NCBI GenBank assembly: GCA_965116885.1
Contig: OZ220741.1
Coordinates: 1,792,001 to 1,856,000 of the forward strand
Origin: Candidatus Latescibacterota bacterium
GTDB taxonomy: Bacteria; Latescibacterota; UBA2968
Reading direction: 5' to 3'
Length of the DNA: 64,000 nt
Numbering within the stretch: the stretch's first letter is position 1; each line of letters begins with the position of its first letter. The notes under the pieces were generated by a model. That model was not told the origin of the DNA, did not search any database, and saw only the letters and a list, made by a program, of their open reading frames with translations. The position numbers and the translations under genes are program-made. Below, one piece after another: positions 10,748 to 20,899 of this stretch.

Positions 10748-11269
10748 CTATTTCCATAAATTCATTACGGCACCATTTATTCCAAAGACGGGATCGGAAG
10801 CGGGCATTGGTACTTTGGGTATATTTTTCAGTGCGTGTTCGTGTTCACGGGCACTTTCTCGACACAGGTCCGAGTGCTGTCCATCGGGATACGCGCCTAC
10901 GACCAGTAAGTCTGAACTCGCGCCCAGGTTTTTGTGTCCCACGCCCGCGGGAATTACCATGACATCGCCAGGCCCGATTGTCAAGCGCACGCCCTGTTCT
11001 CCACCCATGCATACTCTGGCACTTCCCTGCGCTATGCCCAGTACTTCGTGCGCTGTGGCGTGGTAGTGGTGAAAGGGATAAATGCCATTGCGCCACGAAC
11101 GCGACCAGCGATTGGCGGCAAATACCTGCTCAAATGCCCGTGCAGGGTCGTTTTCGGGCAATGAAAGGGCGTCTTGATAGACGATGAGAGGGAACACGCT
11201 GTTTGGAACCACACCATCGTCTCGAAAATAGTGCGGTGTTATTTGCACATCTTCTTGAACGAATTCCAT
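10748..11269 (-). CDS. Cupin-domain protein (YjlB-like)
   Basis: WRNGIYPFHHYH..AHEVL, GDVMVIPAGVGH, VVGAYP. Confidence 0.85.
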   Translation of the reverse strand: MEFVQEDVQITPHYFRDDGVVPNSVFPLIVYQDALSLPENDPARAFEQVFAANRWSRSWRNGIYPFHHYHATAHEVLGIAQGSARVCMGGEQGVRLTIGPGDVMVIPAGVGHKNLGASSDLLVVGAYPDGQHSDLCRESAREHEHALKNIPKVPMPASDPVFGINGAVMNLWK

Positions 11270-11299
11270 AACTATCCTTTCGCATGGATTCAGGGGATT

Positions 11300-12082
11300 T
11301 TAAGTTATTGTCCTCATTACCTCAATGCACTCAGCTACCTGTTTCTCTGGAGATGGGGCGTTATTTTCTTCTTCCAGTACCAACCAGCCCGTGAATCCTT
11401 GTAGCGCGTTTTGCAGTGCTGATAGATCTAATATCCCTGTGCCCAATTGTGGTCGGGCTGCATTGCCTTTGGCGTCTTCTGAATGGTCTGCGAGGTGGAT
11501 GATGTGTAGTCTGTCTGAGAGTTCTCTGACCAATGCGATTGCGTCTTTGCCCGCCCGTATGTGGTGTCCGGTGTCAAAGGCGAATCCGACGTATGACGGA
11601 TCGGTATATGCCGCCAGTTTGACCAGTCCCTCTTGTTCAGATTCCCACCAGTGGTTGTGATAGGCGAGTTGAACGCCTTTGGGCGCGCAGTGTTCACCCA
11701 GGAGGTTCAGGCCTTCTGCGGTTTTTTCCCACATTTCGTCTGGCACGGATCCCTGTGTTGGTCGCCGTCCGCTGCAAACGATGTACTGTCCGCCAACAGC
11801 GGATACAAAGTCGGCGATTTGACTTCCCTCAGTTCTGATTTGTTTGCGCGAGGATTCATCCCAGTGTGCAGCACCGTAATGCGCGCCGATCAGTTCGAGA
11901 TTGGTTTCGGATAGGATGCGTTTGAATGCTTCGGGGTCTTGAAAATAGCGCTCCAGATTTTTCCAATTTGCTTCCAGGCCCCTGAAACACAGATTTCCGA
12001 TCTGGCGAACAACTGCGAGGAAGTCCGCTTCGTTGGGGTATATTCCTTTGCCAAATGATCTCGCCTGACATCCGAGTTTCAT
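11300..12082 (-). CDS. Sugar phosphate isomerase/epimerase (IolE-like TIM barrel)
   Basis: LAYHNH..E, FDTGH, HLAD, WLVLEEE. Confidence 0.85.
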   Translation of the reverse strand: MKLGCQARSFGKGIYPNEADFLAVVRQIGNLCFRGLEANWKNLERYFQDPEAFKRILSETNLELIGAHYGAAHWDESSRKQIRTEGSQIADFVSAVGGQYIVCSGRRPTQGSVPDEMWEKTAEGLNLLGEHCAPKGVQLAYHNHWWESEQEGLVKLAAYTDPSYVGFAFDTGHHIRAGKDAIALVRELSDRLHIIHLADHSEDAKGNAARPQLGTGILDLSALQNALQGFTGWLVLEEENNAPSPEKQVAECIEVMRTIT

Positions 12083-12108
12083 TTTGTTTTCCTTCGGTAA
12101 AAAAAGCG

Positions 12109-12181
12109 CGAATAGACGAATAGACGAATGGCAACACTGATTCTGGGAGGATGGGCGGGGTTCGTAGATTCGCTGATTCGT
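12109..12181. repeat. Octamer tandem repeat (CGAATAGA)n with inverted degenerate copies
   Basis: cgaatagacgaatagacgaatgg at 12109-12131; ttcgtagattcgctgattcgt at 12161-12181 is a reverse-oriented degenerate version. Confidence 0.65.
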
Positions 12182-13182
12182 TAAAGCTCGACTGTGATGG
12201 CTTTTCCTTCGCGGGAAGAGAAGTACGCGCCTTCACTTACCGCTACTTGTGCGAGTCCATCTCGCAGGCTCGCTCCGGGTGACACGTCTGTTCGCCCTTC
12301 TTTCACGCATTGCGCGAAGTGCGTCCACATGTCGGTCGGCGGCTGTCCCAAGCCCGTCCATTCTCCTTTTTTCAGGTCAATCGGTGTTTTGTCTTCTTCA
12401 AATCCGCGATGTGTCACGTATCGGATTCTATTGCGTTCTGTTGCCGAAATATTTCCCCTCAAGCCCGCCATCTGATAGATGTTCTGCATCTGGATGCCCG
12501 CCATGCTGCCGGTCATACACACGATTTGTCCGTTTTCGCACCGGGTTGTGATGTTGACAAATTCTACGGCGTCTTTGTCGGGTTTGAACAGGCCGCAACG
12601 CTCGTGTCCCATGACTTCCACGGGCAAAGAGCCTGTCCACCACAAAGCGAGGTCCATGGTGTGTGAGAGCGCGTCGAGGATGCCGCTGTAGTGTTCGGGG
12701 AAGAAATACTGCGGGTTAAAAAATCCGCGCTGAAGTGTTACATTGGTTTGTATCAGGTCAATCCTTGAGGCGAGTGCTTTCATTTCCTGGGCAAAAGCCG
12801 TGAAGCGAGATTGATAGCCCACCATTGCTACGACGTTATTTTTTTCTGCTATTTCACAAATTTCTACGCCCGATTCAATGCTGTCGCAGTATGGCTTTTC
12901 GACCAGGAATGGTTTGCCTGCCGCGGCGGCATCGCGCATGACGCCTGCGTGGTGTCGCGTGTGTGTCGCAATTGCCAGGGCGTCGATGTCGTCCCGCGCG
13001 ATGACTTCCCGATGGTCGAGTTCGTATTTTACGTTGAAATTTTCAGCCGCGTTTTTGGCGCGTTCTTCATCCAGGTCGCACACGAGTGCGAGTTCGGCTT
13101 CATCGCATCCCAATAGCTCGCGTGCATGCGACGGGCCGCGCTGTCCTGTGCCAATGACCGCTACGCGAATTTTGTTTGACAT
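12181..13182 (-). CDS. Gfo/Idh/MocA family oxidoreductase
   Basis: IRVAVIGTG, GKPFLVEKP, MVGYQSRF, H..DL motifs. Confidence 0.9.
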   Translation of the reverse strand: MSNKIRVAVIGTGQRGPSHARELLGCDEAELALVCDLDEERAKNAAENFNVKYELDHREVIARDDIDALAIATHTRHHAGVMRDAAAAGKPFLVEKPYCDSIESGVEICEIAEKNNVVAMVGYQSRFTAFAQEMKALASRIDLIQTNVTLQRGFFNPQYFFPEHYSGILDALSHTMDLALWWTGSLPVEVMGHERCGLFKPDKDAVEFVNITTRCENGQIVCMTGSMAGIQMQNIYQMAGLRGNISATERNRIRYVTHRGFEEDKTPIDLKKGEWTGLGQPPTDMWTHFAQCVKEGRTDVSPGASLRDGLAQVAVSEGAYFSSREGKAITVEL

Positions 13183-13197
13183 AATACGCTCCTTTGA

Positions 13198-13233
13198 ACG
13201 AATAGACGAATAGACGAATAGACGAATAGACGA
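13198..13233. repeat. Octamer tandem repeat (ACGAATAG)x4
   Basis: acgaatagacgaatagacgaatagacgaatagacga. Confidence 0.8.
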
Positions 13234-13253
13234 TAGCAGTTTATCTACACAAT

Positions 13254-13280
13254 GTAGGGGCGGTGCCCCTGTGCCCGCCC
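13254..13280 (+). repeat. GTAG-type REP palindrome
   Basis: Identical 27-mer to 10692-10718. Confidence 0.8.
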
Positions 13281-13445
13281 ATTGGGTGGTTGGGCAGGGT
13301 TCTCAAAGTTAAAAAGAAAAATAACTACCAATTTCTCAATCCGTCAACAAAAATAGCCCGTTCTGTCTTGACAAGTGCTCAAAGGTGTCAGTACTTTTGG
13401 TTTAACAGGTATTGAGACACCCATGAAGTGGATACGGAGGATTCA

Positions 13446-14591
13446 ATGAGCGATATAGGTGGAAAAATAGGTGCTGCACCCATTACGGCTCCGGGCTGGA
13501 CCGGGAAGTCCAGAGAAGGCGTTGCGATTGTCGATTGCGATGTTCACCAAAATTTTCGCCGCCCGGAAGATTTGTTGCCGCATCTTTCCAAATTCTATCA
13601 GGAGCATCTCTACGATCAGGGTTTGCATTTGCCCGGCGGTGGATATCCCAATATGCCTTTCCGCGCCAACAGACCGGATTTGAAAGATCCGGATCTCAAG
13701 GAGCGGGATTTCAATTTTTCCGTTGAGTTTTTGCAGAAGGAGCATCTCGACCGCTGGCATATCGATTACGCGCTGTTGACGGGTCCACCGCCTTTTTACG
13801 GGTATTCGGGTTTGCCGGATCCGGATTGGGCGGCTGCGCTGTGTCGCGCGTTCAACGATTGGACGATTGAGCACTGGCTCAGTCGCGATGACCGTCTCGT
13901 CAATGCGATTCTCGTTTCGCCTACCGATCCGTCTCAGGCGGTCGATGAAATTAACAGGCTGGCGCATCGCAAAGATACGGTTGCGGTGATGGTGCCGATG
14001 GGTACGATGATGCCTTTTGGCAATCGCTTTTACCATCCGATATGGGAGGCGTGTGAGAATCACGGGTTGCCAGTGGTTTCTCATGTGGGTGGCGGTGGGG
14101 GAGCGACGCGGACTGTTCCGACTCCGGTGGGTTTTCCCACGTATTATATGGAGTCCAGGATGAGCCGTCCGTATATGGCGAGTTCCCATGCGGCGTCGTT
14201 GATTTGTGAAGGTATTTTTGAGAAGTTTCCAAATTTGAAGTTTGCGCTTATTGAAGCACAGCAGTTTTGGGCTGTTCCGCTGATGTGGCACATGGATTCG
14301 GACTGGAAGGCGTTGCGCGACCAGACGCCGTGGCTCAGGCGTTTGCCGAGCGAGTATTTCCGCGACCATATTCGGGTTGGCTCACAGCCCTTGCACGAGC
14401 CTGAGCGCCCCGAGCAAATACACCAGATGCTGGATATGTTACACGCCGATGAGACGCTTATTTATTGTTCGGATTTTCCCCATTTTGACTGGAATGATCC
14501 CGTGACGACATTTCCCAGGCTGGCAGAGGATTTGCATCAGCGTATTTTTGCCGATAATGCCCTGGAGATGCTGCGTATGGAGGTTGTGTAA
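13446..14591 (+). CDS. Amidohydrolase-2 family protein
   Basis: DCDVH, RAFNDW, YHPIWEAC, FEKFPNLK, SDFPHFD; start could be 13428 or 13446. Confidence 0.85.
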   Translation: MSDIGGKIGAAPITAPGWTGKSREGVAIVDCDVHQNFRRPEDLLPHLSKFYQEHLYDQGLHLPGGGYPNMPFRANRPDLKDPDLKERDFNFSVEFLQKEHLDRWHIDYALLTGPPPFYGYSGLPDPDWAAALCRAFNDWTIEHWLSRDDRLVNAILVSPTDPSQAVDEINRLAHRKDTVAVMVPMGTMMPFGNRFYHPIWEACENHGLPVVSHVGGGGGATRTVPTPVGFPTYYMESRMSRPYMASSHAASLICEGIFEKFPNLKFALIEAQQFWAVPLMWHMDSDWKALRDQTPWLRRLPSEYFRDHIRVGSQPLHEPERPEQIHQMLDMLHADETLIYCSDFPHFDWNDPVTTFPRLAEDLHQRIFADNALEMLRMEVV

Positions 14592-14969
14592 ATGGCGCGT
14601 ATTGTGGTTGCCAGGGTTTCGGAGATACCGCCTGGACAGCGCAAAATTGTGGTGCCATTTCGCGGGCGCGCCGGGATTGGCATTTTTAATGTGGGGGGGA
14701 CGTTTTACGCGGTTCGCAATATTTGTCCGCATAAGAATGGTCCGCTTTGCACAGGGACACTCGGCGGTCGGGTGACGACTCAGGCGCCGCCTTCGACGGG
14801 GGAGGGCGAGATTTCCATTGATGGCGATGGCGAGATTCTGCACTGCCCGTGGCATCAGTGGTCTTTTGAGATTTCAACGGGACGCTGTCTGGTGGATCCG
14901 GAGGTGTATGTCAAGACCTACGCGGTAGAAATTGACGGCGATGATGTTGTCGTCACTTATGATGACTAA
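14592..14969 (+). CDS. Rieske [2Fe-2S] ferredoxin-like protein
   Basis: CPH and CPWH motifs. Confidence 0.9.
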   Translation: MARIVVARVSEIPPGQRKIVVPFRGRAGIGIFNVGGTFYAVRNICPHKNGPLCTGTLGGRVTTQAPPSTGEGEISIDGDGEILHCPWHQWSFEISTGRCLVDPEVYVKTYAVEIDGDDVVVTYDD

Positions 14970-14976
14970 GGTCGTT

Positions 14977-16971
14977 ATGGCACGCGCTCAACCTTCAGAG
15001 GATGTATCAGAACAAAAACGGCCGGTTATTACCGTGCGGGCAGTTGTATTGGGCGTGGCTACGGGGGTTTTGCTCAATACTTATACCAATTACACGGGGA
15101 TGGTGCTCGTCAATAGCGCGCTGGTCAAGTCACAACTTCCGATGTCTGTGTTGCTGCCTTTTGTGGGATGGATTGGCGTCAATCTCGTTCTCAGATTTTT
15201 TTGGCCCCGCATTGCGCTTTCCAGTTCTGAACTCGTCTTGATTTACAGTATGTCGTGGATCGTGGGGACGATTCCCGTTGCGGGATGGGCCACGTACTGG
15301 GGCGGTATTGTCAGTTCCCCGACTTATTATGCTTCGCCGGAAAACCGATGGGAGGAGTTTCTTTTTGATGTTATGCCCTGGTGGGTATTGCCCCAGGCGT
15401 CGCAGGGGTCTATAACGACCTTTTACGAGGGGCTGCCGCCGGGCGAGAGCATTCCGTGGGGCAATTGGATAGGTACACTTTGCTGGTGGTTCAGTTTGTC
15501 TATCGCGCTTGTGGTGGCCGCGCTTTGTGTTTCGGTTATTTTTCAGAGGCAGTGGGAAGATGCCGAAAAGCTGACGTTTCCTCTGGTGACGTTCCCGGTC
15601 GCGCTGACCGAGGGTTTTGACGGTAAAGAGCGCATTCCCGCGATGTTCAAAGACGGCATCTTCTGGGCGGGTGTGCTAATTGTGCTGCTGGTTTATGTCT
15701 ATAATATCATCACGTATTTTGCGCCCAATTTGCCCCATATGGGGATTTACGATTCGGTGCGTATCGCGAATAAGGATGTCATTATTGCAGAACATTTCCC
15801 GCCTTTGAGGCTGCGTATCATGCCGCCCGTTATTGGGCTGACCTATTTGTGCAATCTCGATATTCTTCTTTCTTTTTGGGCATTTCGGCTTTTTGCGATT
15901 TTGAAAGAGGGATTTATCAATCGCGTTGGATATACGGTGGGCTATACGGGTCAGCAGGCAGATGCGTATGAGATTTTGCTGCTGGAATCCCACGGGGCTT
16001 TTGTCTTTCTCGCGCTGTGGTCGGTGTGGATTGCTCGGGGGCATTTGCGCAGGGTGTTTCAGGCGGCAATAGAAGGTTGCCGATCTCCCAAAGACGATGG
16101 TCTTATTCCCTATCGGTTCGCGCTTGTGGGGTTGGTGATCTCTACGGTTTTTGTCGTGGGGTTTGTCACGTATATGGGGCTTTCGCTGCCTCTTGCGATT
16201 CTTCAGGTGGTGTTGCTCTATATTGCCTATTTTACTATTGCGAAATACACGGCGGCGAGTGGGTTCTCCTATTTGTTTCCGGTGGCGGTCCGGGGTGGAC
16301 GTATTATTGAGAGTCTGATTGGCTATTCGACGTTTACGCGCAGGGAGGTCGTCGGTCTGGGTCTCGTCAATTCCAATATGTTTTTTGGGAATTACCGCAT
16401 TCCGGTCTGGCCTTCGTTGCCCCACCATCTCAAGCTTTTTTCGTCCGAAGTGAGACGGAAGCGGGTTGTTTGGACGATTTTTTTGGCTTTTTCGACGTGT
16501 TTTTTCGCGTCTATGCTCTATACGATTTATCTGGGTTATGACAATGCGGCGCAGAATTTGGGGTTGGGTGGATTTCAAGGTGGCAATCGGAATCTCTATA
16601 ATCGCATGGTTTCAATTATTGTGCAGGCCGATAAGACGGTGTTCGATCCGGCCAAGGCGACTGTGTGGGTTCTGGGTGTGCTTTTTGCCGGGTTGCTTAC
16701 GCTTTTGAGAAATCGCGTGCCCTGGTGGCCACTGCATCCGATGGGGCTGGCTTTTCAGATTAGCCTGGGGTCGAGGACTTATGCTTTCAGTATGTTCCTG
16801 ACGTGGTCGGCCAAGCATATGATTCTGCGGTTTGGCGGTATTCCGCTTTACAATCGCGTGCGTCCGTTTTTCTTTGGTCTCGTTGTTGGATATGTGACGG
16901 GGTGCGCGCTTTCTTCGCTTGTGGATTATATTTGGTTTCCGTCAACGCCGCACTGGACGCATGGATGGTAG
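14977..16971 (+). CDS. Polytopic membrane protein, DUF6785/DUF6784 (putative peptide transporter)
   Basis: Many TM segments; YYASPENRW, RQWEDAEKLTFP, PWWPLHPMG, LRFGG..LY motifs. Confidence 0.75.
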   Translation: MARAQPSEDVSEQKRPVITVRAVVLGVATGVLLNTYTNYTGMVLVNSALVKSQLPMSVLLPFVGWIGVNLVLRFFWPRIALSSSELVLIYSMSWIVGTIPVAGWATYWGGIVSSPTYYASPENRWEEFLFDVMPWWVLPQASQGSITTFYEGLPPGESIPWGNWIGTLCWWFSLSIALVVAALCVSVIFQRQWEDAEKLTFPLVTFPVALTEGFDGKERIPAMFKDGIFWAGVLIVLLVYVYNIITYFAPNLPHMGIYDSVRIANKDVIIAEHFPPLRLRIMPPVIGLTYLCNLDILLSFWAFRLFAILKEGFINRVGYTVGYTGQQADAYEILLLESHGAFVFLALWSVWIARGHLRRVFQAAIEGCRSPKDDGLIPYRFALVGLVISTVFVVGFVTYMGLSLPLAILQVVLLYIAYFTIAKYTAASGFSYLFPVAVRGGRIIESLIGYSTFTRREVVGLGLVNSNMFFGNYRIPVWPSLPHHLKLFSSEVRRKRVVWTIFLAFSTCFFASMLYTIYLGYDNAAQNLGLGGFQGGNRNLYNRMVSIIVQADKTVFDPAKATVWVLGVLFAGLLTLLRNRVPWWPLHPMGLAFQISLGSRTYAFSMFLTWSAKHMILRFGGIPLYNRVRPFFFGLVVGYVTGCALSSLVDYIWFPSTPHWTHGW

Positions 16972-17000
16972 AAGTGTGAAATAAAAAAGATGATACAGAT

Positions 17001-17026
17001 GTAGGGGCGACCCCCTGTGGTCGCCC
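17001..17026 (+). repeat. GTAG-type REP palindrome
   Basis: GTAGGGGCGACCCCCTGTGGTCGCCC, identical to the copy at 38970. Confidence 0.85.
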
Positions 17027-17057
17027 GCGCACAGGACTATTGGGAGAGGAGAATAAA

Positions 17058-18191
17058 ATGGAGACCTCGGTAGAAGATACTATGGATGCTTATGTCCGCG
17101 AGGGCGAGGAGATGGCGTTCGCGCTTGGGAATCGCGGTGCTATCAAATTTAATGCGGATGGTACGCTGGATGAGGATATTGTAGAGGCGTATTGGCGCGT
17201 GGGTTTTTATGTGTTTGAGGGTGCGCTGGGCGATGAGGAGCTTGAGGATTTGCAGGCGGATCTGGCGCATGCGTTTGAGCGGGCGCCGCATACTAAAGAC
17301 GCGCTGGTCGATTCAATGGGCCGCAGAGCACTCGGGGCGGATCTGGCGCGACAGCCTTTTCGCTTTGTCAAACCGCTGAGCGATCCCGTGGGGGGGACGT
17401 CGAGCAATAATGGGCGGCATCCGGCCAGGATGTCGGAGCCAGAGCCTCCGGCTGATGCGCCGGATTATGTGATTTCCAATATTGCTGCGCCACTGCAAAT
17501 TATGGATTCTTGTTTGCGGCTTTATGGTCATCCCGAACTGCTGTCTGTTGCAGAGCAGATCAATGGGCCGGATTTTACGCCGTTTACGGAGTCTATTATT
17601 GTCAAGCAGCCAGGGCTGGGTGCATCGGTGGCCTGGCACCAGGACGGTACCACGCAGTGGGATAGGCCCGATTGGGATGAGGGTACGCACGGGTTTAATT
17701 TTATGGCTCAGCTTTTCGGGAGTACGGCGGTCAACGGGGTATGGGTGATTCCAGGGTCGCACAAGCAGGGCAAGCTGGATATTAAAGCGATGATTGCGGA
17801 TAACGGTGGTTCTGACCGTTTGCCGGGGGCGGTTCCCATGGTGTGTGAGCCAGGCGATGTGGTTATGTCCAACCGTCAGGCTCTGCACGCTTCTTTTGCC
17901 AATACGTCGCCAGATAAGCGGATGACGATCAATTTTGGCTTTCACCGTCGGTCTTCTGTTCTGAATGCGCGGGTGAGGCGTGGGGATGAACAGGTGATTT
18001 ACGATGAGGCGCGTATCTATGAGCGTTCTCGTTTGATCGCTTTGGGGATTGATGCGCGGCAGCAGCGTTTTCCAGATGAATCCCGCTATGTTTATCAGCC
18101 TCTGGTTGGGGAAGAGGATGCCAACCAGTGGAATGAGGAGACGCGGGAGAGTGTTTTGAAAAATTACAATATCAATGATCTCGGCCTCTAA
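17058..18191 (+). CDS. Phytanoyl-CoA dioxygenase (PhyH) family protein
   Basis: WHQD, VIPGSHK, LHASFAN.S. Confidence 0.85.
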   Translation: METSVEDTMDAYVREGEEMAFALGNRGAIKFNADGTLDEDIVEAYWRVGFYVFEGALGDEELEDLQADLAHAFERAPHTKDALVDSMGRRALGADLARQPFRFVKPLSDPVGGTSSNNGRHPARMSEPEPPADAPDYVISNIAAPLQIMDSCLRLYGHPELLSVAEQINGPDFTPFTESIIVKQPGLGASVAWHQDGTTQWDRPDWDEGTHGFNFMAQLFGSTAVNGVWVIPGSHKQGKLDIKAMIADNGGSDRLPGAVPMVCEPGDVVMSNRQALHASFANTSPDKRMTINFGFHRRSSVLNARVRRGDEQVIYDEARIYERSRLIALGIDARQQRFPDESRYVYQPLVGEEDANQWNEETRESVLKNYNINDLGL

Positions 18192-18236
18192 AGGCGGGGA
18201 TAAATAATGACACCAATAAAACGAGGAGAGCTATCT

Positions 18237-18506
18237 ATGAGAACTATTACGCTCTCGCTTCCCGACCAGCCGCTCGGAGATGTAGAATTGACGGATGATG
18301 AACTCACTGGAGAGATTCGGATGTTGGCGGCTGTTAAGCTTTATGAACTCGGGCGTATTTCCAGTGGTCGGGCTGCCGAATTTGCGGGAATTTCTCGGGT
18401 TGAATTTCTCAACGAGTTAGGACGGTACAATGTATCGCCTTTTCAAATTACCCCTGAAGAGTTAAAGGCTGAGGTTAAAGGACTACGTGCCGATCTGGAT
18501 CAGTGA
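18237..18506 (+). CDS. UPF0175 family protein (putative antitoxin)
   Basis: AVKLYELGRISSGRAAEFAGISRVEFL; RBS GAGGAG upstream. Confidence 0.85.
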   Translation: MRTITLSLPDQPLGDVELTDDELTGEIRMLAAVKLYELGRISSGRAAEFAGISRVEFLNELGRYNVSPFQITPEELKAEVKGLRADLDQ

Positions 18507-18519
18507 TAAAATTATAGAC

Positions 18520-19977
18520 ATGAAACAAAAAGAGAATACATCGAAAAATCTCCAGGCAGGCGTTGCAAAGGTAGTGATAACCGATCCGGAGGCGGGACCG
18601 GCTAATGACCCTCTTTATGTCAAGGCGCTGGTTCTGAGGTCTGGTGATGAGATAGCTGTTATTGTGACTGTAGATGCGGTGGCTATAGCTGAGATCGGTT
18701 CTATCAGAAATGATTTTCTCGCCAATGTGCGTTCGCAATTGAATAGGGAGTTAAATCTCGATCCTGCGCGTATTCTGATTAATGCCAGCCATTGTCATGG
18801 TAAGGTCTGTGCAGATGTGGAACAGCGCACGGTTCGGGCGGTCGTGGAGGCATGGCAAAATATGGTCCCCGTACGTGTCGGTGCTGGTACCGGCTGCGAG
18901 GACAGGATTATGGAAAATCGCAGGCTTGTGTTGAAGAATGGAGAGGAAGCCGATGTCCGCCACGCGTATTCGCTTCCGCCCGATGGGGAAGTCGCTTCGG
19001 TTGGGCCAGTTGATCCGGAGATTGGCATTCTTCGGCTGGATAGGGAGGATGGAGAGACGCTGGCGGTTGTTTTCAATTTCGCGTGTCATCCGATTTTGGA
19101 GGTGCCAAGTAGAGAAAATACGGCGGATATTTCCGGTTTTGCGTCAAAGGTGATTGAAGATAATTTGAGCGAGGATACGATTGCCCTGTTTTTGCAGGGA
19201 TGCGGGGGCGATGTCAATCCGATTTTGTACAAGGATGTCAATAATCCTCGGGATGCCGAGGTTCTGGGAAATATGCTGGGTCTTAGCACGTTGCAGGGGT
19301 TGAAGAAGATCTGTAGTAGTGAGAGCGGGGAGTTGAAGATTATCCGTGAGACCATTGAACTTCCGAGGGCTGATCTCGCAGAGCGTATCGAATCTTTGCA
19401 GGCCGAACAGATACAATTGCTTCAGGATCTGAAGGGGACGAGTATCAATTTGAAGACGTTTATTCCTCTGTATGTGAAATACAATCTTTCCCGCGATTTT
19501 CCATCTTATTATTCTCATCGTTATTTGCATGAGGAGATGATGGGGCGAGATGGTTTGAAGAAGCTGGATGCCGAGAATAGAGAGAATATGGACCGGTATA
19601 TTGAGAATATTTACGCGATGGAGCAATTGACGAGGATCCAGATCAATCTGAATTTGCTCAAAAAACATCAGGCGCGGAATGTGGCTGCTGGAGAGAATAC
19701 GATCGAAGTTGAGATGATGGGTTTGAGGGTTGGGAAATTTGTTCTGGTGACGTTTCCGGGAGAGTTGTCGGTGGAGATTGGTCTCAATATTAAAAAGAAG
19801 TCTCCGCATAAGTTCACTTTTGTCGCGGGTGTTACAAATGGATACATCTATTATACACCAACGGCAGAGCAACTCAAAAATCGAGGTGGTGCACAGGAAG
19901 ATAGCGATTGTATGCTGGCGCCTGAGTGGCAGATGATTTTTGAGGATAAGGTGAGGAAGATATTGGCGGTGTTGTGA
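18520..19977 (+). CDS. Neutral/alkaline ceramidase-like hypothetical hydrolase
   Basis: DPLYVKAL, INASHCH, NFACHP, FLQGCGGDVNP, TFPGE, NGYIYYTP. Confidence 0.7.
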   Translation: MKQKENTSKNLQAGVAKVVITDPEAGPANDPLYVKALVLRSGDEIAVIVTVDAVAIAEIGSIRNDFLANVRSQLNRELNLDPARILINASHCHGKVCADVEQRTVRAVVEAWQNMVPVRVGAGTGCEDRIMENRRLVLKNGEEADVRHAYSLPPDGEVASVGPVDPEIGILRLDREDGETLAVVFNFACHPILEVPSRENTADISGFASKVIEDNLSEDTIALFLQGCGGDVNPILYKDVNNPRDAEVLGNMLGLSTLQGLKKICSSESGELKIIRETIELPRADLAERIESLQAEQIQLLQDLKGTSINLKTFIPLYVKYNLSRDFPSYYSHRYLHEEMMGRDGLKKLDAENRENMDRYIENIYAMEQLTRIQINLNLLKKHQARNVAAGENTIEVEMMGLRVGKFVLVTFPGELSVEIGLNIKKKSPHKFTFVAGVTNGYIYYTPTAEQLKNRGGAQEDSDCMLAPEWQMIFEDKVRKILAVL

Positions 19978-20010
19978 AGGGTGATTTTTCATTTGATTGG
20001 AGGGTTTCCC

Positions 20011-20886
20011 ATGGAATATGGACTGAGTGTGGAACAGGTGGCGCAGTTCCACGACGATGGTTTTTTGATTGTTCGCGATCAACTTCCAGAAGAAGCGTAC
20101 CAACCGTTTGTCGATGAAGTTGTGGCTAAAATTGATGAGGTGGTGGGCGCGGCGGTGGATGAGGGGTTGCTCGATCCGGGGGATACGTTTCCCGACGCGT
20201 CTTTTGAGACCCGATTGGCTCTGGTGTCGAATGCCTGTTCGGAGCCAGAGCGGATCTGGAAGAATTTTCAGGGGAAGAGGTTTAAGACGCCCGGGATGTT
20301 TGCGCTCAGGACGCATCCCGCTATACTGGATGCGACTGAATCTCTGATTGGTCCTGAAATTTTTGCCCATCCGCAGTCCAACCTGCGCGCAAAATTGCCA
20401 GATCTGGAGGCGACCGTGGTGCCGTGGCATCAGGATCTGGCGTATCTCATACCGGAGGATGCGGGAGAGACGCTGTTCGTCAATTTCTGGATCCCACTGG
20501 TTAAGGCGACGGCTGATAACGGGTGTTTGCAGGTGCTTCGCGGCTCCCATCAGGTTGGTCTTTTGCCGCATGATTATCGGACACCTCACTTTAAAGGGGT
20601 CTTCGAAAGCGATCTTCCGGATTTTGAGGTCGTGACCTGCGAGGTGGATGTGGGCGATGTATTGTTGACGATGGAGCGCGTTTTGCATCGTTCAACTCCA
20701 CATACGACAAAATCCGTCAGGTGGAGTCTGGATGTCCGCTATAGCCGCATTGGGCTTCCGACCGGTCGTGAGAATGTGCCGGGTTTTATCGCCCGTAGTC
20801 AGGTCAATCCGGAGGGTGTGGCGAGGTCCCATCACGACTGGATCAGGAATTACGAGATGGCGGGTATCGATCCGGTCGGCAATTGA
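20011..20886 (+). CDS. PhyH family dioxygenase
   Basis: PWHQD, NFWIPL...DNGCL, GSH, LHRS, RWSLDVRY. Confidence 0.85.
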   Translation: MEYGLSVEQVAQFHDDGFLIVRDQLPEEAYQPFVDEVVAKIDEVVGAAVDEGLLDPGDTFPDASFETRLALVSNACSEPERIWKNFQGKRFKTPGMFALRTHPAILDATESLIGPEIFAHPQSNLRAKLPDLEATVVPWHQDLAYLIPEDAGETLFVNFWIPLVKATADNGCLQVLRGSHQVGLLPHDYRTPHFKGVFESDLPDFEVVTCEVDVGDVLLTMERVLHRSTPHTTKSVRWSLDVRYSRIGLPTGRENVPGFIARSQVNPEGVARSHHDWIRNYEMAGIDPVGN

Positions 20887-20899
20887 GGAGGAGTGTTTT

